This document shows, piece by piece, positions 9,016 through 18,800 of a stretch of DNA of 64,000 nucleotides (position 1 is its first letter; each line of letters begins with the position of its first letter). The stretch spans positions 124,001 to 188,000 of the IMG/VR virus record IMGVR_UViG_3300033183_000491; one strand, given 5' to 3'. The notes below the pieces were generated by a model. That model ran no database searches, had not been told where the DNA came from, and saw only the letters and a program-made list of their open reading frames with translations. A program made the translations under genes and the position numbers.

Positions 9016-12000
9016 TAATAATCCATCTTTAATCTGAAGAGGACGTTATCTGTATCTTTCTTTGGATAAGGCTTAACTATCTTAGCCTTTGCAAGAATAT
9101 TAAGATTTTCGTCATGTAAGTTTATATCAGTAATATAAACAAAATCTTCGTCAGAGTTAAATGCAGACTCATCTAATCTTAAGTCTTCAATTCTAGATTC
9201 ATTATAAGATTTATTTGTTCTTCCAGCGTAAGCAGGTAAATTTAATTCATGAACATGAAGCTTAGATGAAGACTTAAAAGTTAATTTATAATTAAATTCT
9301 CCAAAGTTTTCCAACGACGGATGTAATACTGAAATTATTCCTTCTTTATAAAAGCAATGTCCTACATAGTTCCAGTCTGCATGAGGAGTTTCAGAATCAG
9401 CTCTATACATAACTCCTTTACCATTATCTTTTAATCTAATTTTCTTTGATCCAAAAGTTCCAGCCAGATTAGTATCAAATATCTCTATAGATTCTTTTTC
9501 AATATGTCTTCCTAGTATATTAGAAGATATACAGAAAAACTTAGAATAATTTTCAGATTTAGAATTAAATAAATTGTAAATTGGAAATTCATGTTTATAA
9601 TACTGAATATAATTAGCAGCAGGTACGTTAGAATCTAATCTTTTAATATCGATACTAGGTAAATAAGAAGCTATACTATTCACAAAATCATCGTTAATTT
9701 TTCTACACATAGGATTAGATAAATCTTTAAAATATCTTCCATTTCCTATCTCAATATACGAAATATCTTGATTTAAACGATTCTTATATCTAAGAAAACT
9801 ATTATCTTGATTATCTGAAAGTGTGAAATTTTCTCTAAAATAATTGTCTAAAGAAACATTTTTAAAATTATCATAATTTTCTTTAAAACTAATATTATCA
9901 TTAACTTTAAAATCTAGTCTATTTTCTACTAATTCAAGTTCACCAAGATCTTGAGTATAATCAAACAATTCTCTATTAGAACACTCTGATAATAAATTAT
10001 TTGATTCCAAGATTTGATTGTCGTTAATAGTATTTACTAAACTTACATGACCTAAATCAAAGATATTAATTTCATCTTTATGAATATTTGGTTCTTTATT
10101 TTCTTGATAATAGTTTAAAACATTGTATCTTAATTGATTTTGTAATCCATTATCACATGGAAGAATAAAATTATTTCTGTAAGTAAAATAGTTATCAAAA
10201 AATGTAATCCTATTAGTATTATCAATCAATCTAGTTTGATATGATAATTTCTCATTATATATTTCATTAATACTAGTTCCAGATTTGACATTTGTATTTA
10301 AAAATCCTTGAGGATTTAAAAGATTATCTTCATTAAATGATAACAAATTCATTAAATTAAAAGAAGCTTGATCAGAGTTAATATCACCATTAAAGATAAC
10401 ATTTGGAGAAACTTTATTTACAAATTCATAAACAAAATTTTCAACTATTACTTCATGTCCGCCACATTTATTTGAAAAATAATGATTAACAGGACTATTA
10501 AAAAGAAGATTTCTAGTGTTCAAATCTGATACATTAAAATCATTATTGATCTCGCCATCAATTTCAGTAGATGCATCAACTAAATTATTATTACTAATAC
10601 CATTTAAATTTATTAGTGATTCTCTTTTAACTGGAGTATCATAATAATAAACAGGAATAGAAAAAATTAAATTAGGTGATGCAAAATCTTCTACAGAATT
10701 ATCGCAAATTAAGTACTTAATATCGTTAATGATTTTGTCATATATTCGAATATCGTGAATTTCTGCTGTTAAAGCAAAACTTGTGTCATTTGTAACATAA
10801 TTACTTCCGTCTAGAATTTCTTCTATTTTATTATCTAAAGATAAATCAATTTCAGATATACCTGACTCAAAATATGAATTATTTAAATTGTTACCAAATG
10901 AAATATGTTTTCTTGTATATGGTCCAATAAAATCATTGTTATTATCTTGATTTACTGAAAAGAGTTTTTTGAATATTTCATTTTGATCAATATCTAACGA
11001 GGTAAATTTATTACCAATAGTTAAATAACTTTGACCATTCACTTTCATGTAAGAATCAAAATCATTATTAAAACCATTTACAATTGTTACTGAATTAGTA
11101 TTTTGTATAACATTATCAACGAACAATTCTGTTATTAAAGAATAAGAATTTTGATTATCGTCTCCGGTTTTACTTAGCTTTATACAGACATTATGCCAAT
11201 TATTAAATTTAATAATATTATCTTTGCTTAAATAAAAAGACATTTTATTTTGACCGACTAATAAAATCTCATTAGGATTATCAATATTTTGATTAATAAA
11301 ATCAATTATTTCTGTTTTTTTATTTAAGTCATCACCTAAAACTAATAATATTCTAAATGCATCTGTTAATCCAGATGTATCTACGTTTGAACCTTTTACT
11401 AAATATATACCAATTATACCAGGAATGAATAAAATACATCCAGGATTAAAATGGTAAACTTTTTCTAAACCACCAACATTTACCTTTGAGTTTTTATTAT
11501 TTTGATTAATATAAAACGATATTGTTAGATTGTCTGAATTATTTAAAAAAGTATAAGAATTTTGATTATTTGTATACGGATTTGGATAAGCTAAACAATT
11601 CCTATGAGTCCTATCAGGATTAATACTATTGTTAATATTAAAAAAATTCAAGCAATTATAGTTTGAAAATCCCCAGTTTGGATTTAAAACTTTATGTTGT
11701 AAATTTTCTCTATAATATCTGTAAATATTTTTTATTGATTTTTTTTTATAAAATCCCTCATCGTCTACAAGGAATTTTTGCTTAACCTTTTCGACTCCAA
11801 ATTTATAATCAGTACTATTGTCTAAATAAAGACCTTTGTCTTCAAAGTTATTTATATTAAAAGAATCTTCTGTTTTAATATTATTGATAAATTCTACAAT
11901 AGAATTATTTCCAATTAATTCGTCGAATTTGTCATTAACAATGAAAGTTTTTTTTAGATTAACATCATTTATTGTATAAGAGTTTGAATCTACGAACTTT

Positions 12001-12155
12001 GCATCTAATTGACCATATGTACCTTGACCTTCAACTCCTAATGCATTATAATCATCTTGACTACAAAACTCAGAAGCTGATGTAATAGTAGTTGTAGGTT
12101 GTAATTCGATCGTATTTTTAACGATCATTTTATTATCAATTAGATTTAAAGTCAT
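9015..12155 (-). CDS. Large virion/baseplate protein with a LamG-like domain and a conserved C-terminal module
   Basis: LamG-like strands TISFYIN, WHNVCI, LFVDN, IHDIRIY; C-terminus VYITDINLHD...ILAKAKIVKPYPK...FRLKMDY shared with the next gene. Confidence 0.6.
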   Translation of the reverse strand: MTLNLIDNKMIVKNTIELQPTTTITSASEFCSQDDYNALGVEGQGTYGQLDAKFVDSNSYTINDVNLKKTFIVNDKFDELIGNNSIVEFINNIKTEDSFNINNFEDKGLYLDNSTDYKFGVEKVKQKFLVDDEGFYKKKSIKNIYRYYRENLQHKVLNPNWGFSNYNCLNFFNINNSINPDRTHRNCLAYPNPYTNNQNSYTFLNNSDNLTISFYINQNNKNSKVNVGGLEKVYHFNPGCILFIPGIIGIYLVKGSNVDTSGLTDAFRILLVLGDDLNKKTEIIDFINQNIDNPNEILLVGQNKMSFYLSKDNIIKFNNWHNVCIKLSKTGDDNQNSYSLITELFVDNVIQNTNSVTIVNGFNNDFDSYMKVNGQSYLTIGNKFTSLDIDQNEIFKKLFSVNQDNNNDFIGPYTRKHISFGNNLNNSYFESGISEIDLSLDNKIEEILDGSNYVTNDTSFALTAEIHDIRIYDKIINDIKYLICDNSVEDFASPNLIFSIPVYYYDTPVKRESLINLNGISNNNLVDASTEIDGEINNDFNVSDLNTRNLLFNSPVNHYFSNKCGGHEVIVENFVYEFVNKVSPNVIFNGDINSDQASFNLMNLLSFNEDNLLNPQGFLNTNVKSGTSINEIYNEKLSYQTRLIDNTNRITFFDNYFTYRNNFILPCDNGLQNQLRYNVLNYYQENKEPNIHKDEINIFDLGHVSLVNTINDNQILESNNLLSECSNRELFDYTQDLGELELVENRLDFKVNDNISFKENYDNFKNVSLDNYFRENFTLSDNQDNSFLRYKNRLNQDISYIEIGNGRYFKDLSNPMCRKINDDFVNSIASYLPSIDIKRLDSNVPAANYIQYYKHEFPIYNLFNSKSENYSKFFCISSNILGRHIEKESIEIFDTNLAGTFGSKKIRLKDNGKGVMYRADSETPHADWNYVGHCFYKEGIISVLHPSLENFGEFNYKLTFKSSSKLHVHELNLPAYAGRTNKSYNESRIEDLRLDESAFNSDEDFVYITDINLHDENLNILAKAKIVKPYPKKDTDNVLFRLKMDY

Positions 12156-12171
12156 ATTGTAACTCTTATGT

Positions 12172-13395
12172 TTAGTAGTCTAGTCTAACACTAATAGATA
12201 AATCAACTTCTGGATTTTTCTCTATAGGCCTTGAAGTTTTTGCTACAGCTAATAATTCACCAGAAGCATCATGAAGACCAATTGTTGTAACATAAGAGAA
12301 AGGATCATCACCTTTATCTTGAATACAACGTATATTACCATCCGCATCATGATAAGTTGGATTAGAAGAGAAATTTAACTCATTTGGTCCAACTCTACAA
12401 AAATAAATTGTAGAATTAATACTAGTTTGATTCATAAATCCAATGGCAGATAAGTTGTCTCTTCCAAATCTAGTATCAGCAATGTGATCTAATACATTAT
12501 CGATAGATCCTTTTGTCCATAAATCTGGAATAAATGATCCTTGAAAGCTAATTAGTCCACTTGCGTCATTTATAGAACTTATTGATCCTTTTACAACGTC
12601 AGTAGGAGTAAAGATTTTTTCTGCATCAAAAACAACAATTCCTTTATTATAGAAAATTAGTCCAACTTTGTTACCTGATGCATCTACTAATGATCCAATA
12701 TGACCAGATATAGTTGAAACATTTAAGTTAGATGTTGCACCTGCATCTGAATAAACAATAAAGTCTTCAGACGTATCTGAAATTTTTGTGTCAATATTAT
12801 CAACAGGATTAGCCGGATCTGCTTGTGCATCTAAACTTTTGTGTATCTTTATTGAGAATTGTAATTTTTCTAATCCATCTCTAACAAACAACCTTTTGAA
12901 ATTAATAAACAATGCATTGTTAATTCTAGTGTCATCTGTATCGTCTTCAAATGGAGTATGAAAAGAAGATTCAGCATTTCCAAGTAAAACTTGCGCATAT
13001 TGCTTATAAATACTTATTTTTTCTCTCATCATTAAAGTATCATTTGGAAATACTAATTTTCCACTGGAATCAGTCGTAGGATTTAAATCTGTAACAGTAG
13101 AACTACCTTCAAATGTTCCAATTGTAAGATCTAACATCTCATTAGAAGTTTGATATGTATGATCTTGATCAAAAACAGTTTGATATAAAGAAGAAACAAC
13201 TTCACCAGGATTTTCTAAGCCTCCAGTTTTAAATACTGAGTATTTTTTTCTAGTATTAATATCTGTTATTACAAGTTCATCATCAACAGTTTCTTCATAT
13301 TTACTAGCAATATCAACTTGTAAAACATCAACTATTTGTCTTATGAGTGACTTTTTATAAACTCTATCTGAATCTTCAAATTCAATAAATGTCAT
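12172..13395 (-). CDS. Putative baseplate/fibre-attachment structural protein
   Basis: C-terminus YVTTIGLHDASGELLAVAKTSRPIEK...VRLDY is paralogous to that of 9015..12155; structural gene context. Confidence 0.6.
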   Translation of the reverse strand: MTFIEFEDSDRVYKKSLIRQIVDVLQVDIASKYEETVDDELVITDINTRKKYSVFKTGGLENPGEVVSSLYQTVFDQDHTYQTSNEMLDLTIGTFEGSSTVTDLNPTTDSSGKLVFPNDTLMMREKISIYKQYAQVLLGNAESSFHTPFEDDTDDTRINNALFINFKRLFVRDGLEKLQFSIKIHKSLDAQADPANPVDNIDTKISDTSEDFIVYSDAGATSNLNVSTISGHIGSLVDASGNKVGLIFYNKGIVVFDAEKIFTPTDVVKGSISSINDASGLISFQGSFIPDLWTKGSIDNVLDHIADTRFGRDNLSAIGFMNQTSINSTIYFCRVGPNELNFSSNPTYHDADGNIRCIQDKGDDPFSYVTTIGLHDASGELLAVAKTSRPIEKNPEVDLSISVRLDY

Positions 13396-13412
13396 TTTAT
13401 TTTAATCCTTTT

Positions 13413-14168
13413 TTATTCGTAAGTATTACTAGAGATCATTACAGGAACAATCAAAGTTGACTTAGTAGCATTACCAATTATCTCTACATGGGTTTTAATA
13501 AAGTTTCTATTGTCGCCACTTGCTGAAGTTGCATAGTATTTGTATGAGTCAGAAGTAACTTTTCCAATAGCACTAATTGATATCTTGCCAAATTTTTGAT
13601 TTTCAAATTCAAGATCAACACCTGACTCACCAGATTCAGATACCTGATAATAAGCAATATCTCCGTCTACCTCAGGAGTTAAATCATTTACTTTTAATAA
13701 TTTATCAAAAACTTTAACAGTGAAAGTCGTATCAATTAGACCATTTTCTGATAGTGTAAAGTCTGTGTCTTGATTTACAAAAGTTTTAAAAGAAATTGTT
13801 GCATTCTTTTTAAGATTAGAAGCTGAGTTTGATGATAATGTAATAGATGTTTCTTGAAAGTCTCTAAGAGCTAAATATGGAAATGCATAAATACTAGAAG
13901 TATTATTTGACAAAAATGTTCTCAAGGGATATTTTAAAGCAATTTGTTCATCTGTTGAAGCTTCAAAGATTGGAGTGTTTTTTTCAATTTTTTCTTTTCC
14001 TATAATAAGGCCATATTTTTCTAAAATTGAATAATCTACTTCATCGTCTCCTAAAGTAAATTTTGATATACTAAAAGAATTATCATTTCTAGATAGATAC
14101 TCTCTACCTTTTTCTGTCAATACAGCATCAATAATAATATTATTGGTAGCGTGATTAATAAAACCCAT
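13413..14168 (-). CDS. Putative structural protein
   Basis: N-terminal DAVLTEKGREYL...SKFTLGDDEVDY motif shared with 24017..25018; strong SD AGGAG; upstream ATATTTA/ATAATTA motifs. Confidence 0.6.
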   Translation of the reverse strand: MGFINHATNNIIIDAVLTEKGREYLSRNDNSFSISKFTLGDDEVDYSILEKYGLIIGKEKIEKNTPIFEASTDEQIALKYPLRTFLSNNTSSIYAFPYLALRDFQETSITLSSNSASNLKKNATISFKTFVNQDTDFTLSENGLIDTTFTVKVFDKLLKVNDLTPEVDGDIAYYQVSESGESGVDLEFENQKFGKISISAIGKVTSDSYKYYATSASGDNRNFIKTHVEIIGNATKSTLIVPVMISSNTYE

Positions 14169-14197
14169 ACTAAAGTCTCCTAATTATATTTTATTTA

Positions 14198-14204
14198 TAA
14201 ATAT
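14198..14204 (-). promoter_or_regulatory. Candidate late promoter ATATTTA (palindrome at 14192-14203; second copy ATAATTA at 14181-14187)
   Basis: 29 nt upstream of ATG 14168. Confidence 0.55.
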
Positions 14205-14206
14205 TA

Positions 14207-15847
14207 TTAAATAAAATTTGTTATCTTAAAATCTTTTTCATACTTCTTTAAGTCATTTAATCTAAATATAGTAAATTTAAATTCTTCATCATTATTAAAA
14301 ACATTTTGTTTATCATCTCCAATATTAACTGATTGATAATCTGGAGTTAAATATAAAGTTATATTTTTAATATTTTTACTAATAGGTAGATTATCGATGA
14401 AATTATCATTATATTTAAAGAACATGCTTTTTGGCAATAAAGTCTCGTTCGGAGTGTTTCTTTTAGCGCCTGTATAAGCAATAAAATCATAAATTAATTT
14501 TTCTTCAAAAGGATCATAAAGAATAGCAACTTGTTCTGAATAGTTTGAAAAATAACCATGAGCATCTATTGTTCTGATTGCATAAATTGTAATTTTTCCT
14601 CTTTCATAGTCACTATCGACAAAACGATAAGGAACTTTCCCGGGAGTTCTTTGTATAATTCCTTCAATCACCCTCTCTTCAGGTTCATATAAGTCATTAT
14701 TACTATGACCTTCCAGTTGAGCAATAACTTCAAAAGGACTATCTAAATTATTTCTTTTTAATATTTGATAACCTCTTGCATCTCTTTGATAGTCTGATGG
14801 TTCATCCCATGATATTTCTAATGAAGTTTTTAACTTGTCTTTGTTTAATACTTTAAATCTTATATTATTTGGTGGAGGAGGAGCTTCGTACTCTTTACAT
14901 ACTATATCTTTTGTTACGTAAGGGTGATCACACAACAAATATTTATTAATAATACATGGATCAATTGGATCTAATTCTGAATACAGATAAACATTATAAA
15001 TTACGTACTTATAAGTTTTTCCATATTTGACTGATATATCTTCAATTTGAGAATTTATATTTAAATAATCTGCATTTTCGTCATTAGTTAAAAATTTTCC
15101 ACATAAAAATTTGTATTTTTCTTCTTCGAAGACATATTTTTCAAGTAAAAGCCCACATCTAATACCGTTATATTTAGAAAAATCGTTAGTATAGTCTTCT
15201 ATTTCATTCACAGATTTATTTAACACTTTAAGATTATTAAAAAGACTCCCGTTTTCATTTATTTGATAATTTTTTATTTCTCTATTGATTTCTATGTTAC
15301 TTGTTATTAAGTCATCATAGAAGTTATCTGATGAAACGAGATCGCTTTCTGGAAAGTCTGATGTGGAATTAATCGTATGTAAATTATTATCATAAATTTC
15401 AGGATTAAGATATGACATTCTATAAGAATATTTTATTTTTTCGTCAAAAGAACTTAGATTGTCTTTGTCATAAAACTTTTTAATTTTATTTTTTTCATTT
15501 TCATCTAATTCATTAACAATGTATTTTCTCTTAGAAGATATTTGATCTAATTTGTTAAAAAACTTTATTTGATTTCCTCGTAAAGAGTCTGAAAGAGATA
15601 ACTGGTATATAGTGTCTACAAAATTATCTCTTCTATAATCAAATTTATCTATTGCTAGATTTAAATTGCTTATTTTAATTTTTATAAATCTATTTTTAAA
15701 CTTAGAATCTGATGTCAATGTAATTTTATTGTCTTCGACGATAGTTTCTTTTTCATCATAATAATTGTAAATAAAACTAGACTCTACTTTAATGTCACTT
15801 TGTCTTCTTGAATTCAAAGAAAAAATTTGATCAATTACTTTTATCAT
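14207..15847 (-). CDS. Putative structural protein with a fibronectin type III-like domain
   Basis: PPPPNNI...LEISWDEP...GYQILKR...FVD...YAIRTID..GYFSNYS matches the FN3 W/Y pattern. Confidence 0.6.
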   Translation of the reverse strand: MIKVIDQIFSLNSRRQSDIKVESSFIYNYYDEKETIVEDNKITLTSDSKFKNRFIKIKISNLNLAIDKFDYRRDNFVDTIYQLSLSDSLRGNQIKFFNKLDQISSKRKYIVNELDENEKNKIKKFYDKDNLSSFDEKIKYSYRMSYLNPEIYDNNLHTINSTSDFPESDLVSSDNFYDDLITSNIEINREIKNYQINENGSLFNNLKVLNKSVNEIEDYTNDFSKYNGIRCGLLLEKYVFEEEKYKFLCGKFLTNDENADYLNINSQIEDISVKYGKTYKYVIYNVYLYSELDPIDPCIINKYLLCDHPYVTKDIVCKEYEAPPPPNNIRFKVLNKDKLKTSLEISWDEPSDYQRDARGYQILKRNNLDSPFEVIAQLEGHSNNDLYEPEERVIEGIIQRTPGKVPYRFVDSDYERGKITIYAIRTIDAHGYFSNYSEQVAILYDPFEEKLIYDFIAYTGAKRNTPNETLLPKSMFFKYNDNFIDNLPISKNIKNITLYLTPDYQSVNIGDDKQNVFNNDEEFKFTIFRLNDLKKYEKDFKITNFI

Positions 15848-15849
15848 AT

Positions 15850-18800
15850 TTAAATTACTTCTGACTCTATAATATAAGAAAAACTGTCAAAGAAATCATT
15901 AAAAAGTATGTTTTCTTCATCACCTATTAGTCTAATTATTTCTTCGTTTTCTTGATAATAATTTTTTATAATATTATAAATATCGTTTCTTCCTATTTGA
16001 ACAGAGAAAATGTCATATAATCTATTATCTTCGAATATCTGAGATACGTTACTTATATTTGAATATTTACTTATATTCTTAAAAAATTCTATAAAATGAG
16101 ATTGGCTTTCTATTGTTTTAATTTTTCCATTAAAGTCATTAATTTCTGATATGACTGTTTGTGACTTTTCATAGTTTTCTAAAAATGTCTGTTCAAAATC
16201 CCTTTCAGGCATAGATTCAAACAAACCAATAGATACATCTTCAATTGTATTTGTGCCTTCATTAAAACTTAGAATGTGATTTTCATCTATATTTACTTGC
16301 GTTTTCTTATTAGAATATTTAACAGCATTTGACATTAAAGAATCTGTAACTATTTTTATACTCATATTATTTTTTTCACTAACACCAAAACTCAAGATGT
16401 CTTTTTCTAATCTAAATAATCTTTCATTATTGACTTTTTCTAGTAATCTTTTTTGTATAAATGAATTTACAAAAGAAAAACTTTCTACGTTATATCTTTC
16501 TTTTAGATCTCTTTTAGAAGTATCATAATAAGCTATAAAATCATCTATAAAAATTCCTTCGTTATAATCTCGACTTCCTTCTAAAAGTTTTACGTGAGAA
16601 GGAGTAATTTCTGTTAAAATTGGGGTATAAAATTTATAAATTGAAGGAATATAAATGTTGGGATATTTGTGATTAATTATATTAAATTTTAACTTCAAAA
16701 TTCTCTTGTCAGACAACACTTCAGCTAAGTCATAATCTATTCCTAATCTTATAATATCATATCTCGTATTTAAGTTGTTTAGTAATAAAGATCCTTGATT
16801 TGAAAGTTTACTGATACATTCTTCGTTTTCAATAAATGTACTAAAATATTCTATTGTATTGTCTTTAAGTAATTCATCAAAGTTTTGCTTTAAGTCTTTT
16901 CTTGGGTCTAGATTTATTTTATCTATAAATTTAGAAAATTCTTTTGTTTGATAATAATAATAGTCATTTAATTTTTTAGATACCAGATTAAGCCTAATAT
17001 CGCTTCTGATTATATTTTTTGTATTTGATGAATCTAAAATATTGTCTAAGTTGTTTGTATTTTCAATAATAGACAAAACACTCGATGGATTATTGTTTAA
17101 TTTTTCTAATTCTACTAGATAACTTGAAATTGAATCGAATGACATAATTTCCACGAGATCTGAATTATTTAAAGATTTTTCTATATTAAGGAAATCTGCA
17201 TGAAATTTCGTAAACATAATATCTAAAAATCTCTCATCAGACTCTGAAAATTTCGAGTCCCATTTGTATTTATAATTTCCAGATGATACTAATTTATCAA
17301 TTCCTAATAGATCAAATATATCTTTATTCCACATATCATTTTTAAGAGATATATTATATTGATTTAAATCATAATCATCTAAGAATTTAGGAATACTTTT
17401 AATTATAGACCCTTCAATAACTAAATCAAATATAGAACTATAAATATTACAAGCTATTTTAATAAGATCAAATATTGCTTTACTTTCTTTAGATGAGTCT
17501 TTTACGTAAGAAAATATTTCTTCAATGGAACTAATATTATTAATATCTTCAATAAAATTAGTCTTAGTATATTTAAGAGACTCTATAATAAAATTATTTA
17601 AAAAAGACTTAAAAGGAGATTGATTGTCTAAATTTTTAAGTGAATAATCTTTTATTTTTTCTTTTCGTGAAGTATAATAACCATCTAAATTATCTTGAAG
17701 ATCATCAATACTTTTAGGATTATCTCCACTGAAAGATTTTCGATTTTCTGTTACTAATTGTAATTTTCCATAATAGTTTGTTTCTTGGTCCATATAAAAA
17801 GATCTAAGACTTTCATCACTATTCACGCCTTTTGATGACCTATATATTAAATCAATTATAGCTTCATTATCATTATAATTGAATGAAGTTTTAGTATTTC
17901 CTAATTCACCTGTAACGTCTATACCGTTGTTCAAGTAAACATCATAATTATAAAACTGTGAATAAACAAATTCATAAAGACCTTCTCCAGAATACCCTCC
18001 ATTAAAATATTTAAATCGATTATAATCAACAATTAAATAACCTAGTTTGTTTTCATTAGACGTATCTCTAATTCTGTAAGAAGAACAACCCATATCCGTT
18101 ACATCAATATAAGTGCAGTATTTAGAAGAAATAAAAGGAAAACTTAAAGTATAAGTACTTCCAGGTAACACACCAAAGTCAAAGTCATGATCTAAAATAT
18201 CAAATCGATAACCAGATTCTCCAAAATAAACATTCTCAGGATTATAATACTCGGAATTCTGTGATGGAAAGTTTTGATTTAAAGTAAAATATGTTGTAGG
18301 AAATTCTACAGTTCTCAAAGTATAACTTTTTTGTCTTTGAATGTTTTCAAATGAATAGACACTCTTAATATATTTTTCGTATGAATTATTAGATAACTCG
18401 TTCAATTCATTAAAGTCTTCTTTGTTAACAAATAAATTTTTGTAAGACATTAAAGCTGATGATATCATAACATCGGACATGTCTTTATTTTGATCATGCA
18501 TAATAGCGTCTGATATGAGTTTATCATAACAAAGATTCATTCTATCTTCCGGCGTAAAAGAAGAATCAAAAGAATCTTTAAAAATATTATGAATGTTTTT
18601 TATTAAATGTTGTATTAAGATAGAAGAAGTTTTAAATTCGCTGTCTGTATAATATAAAGAAATAAAATCTTTTAGTTGATCTTTATTAATAGGAAAAACA
18701 ATGTTTTCATTACCGTCGACAAAATAATCAACAGTATTCTTTATATCACCACCTTCAGAAAAATCAAAGTTTTTATAATTTTCCCCACCAGAAGTTTTAA

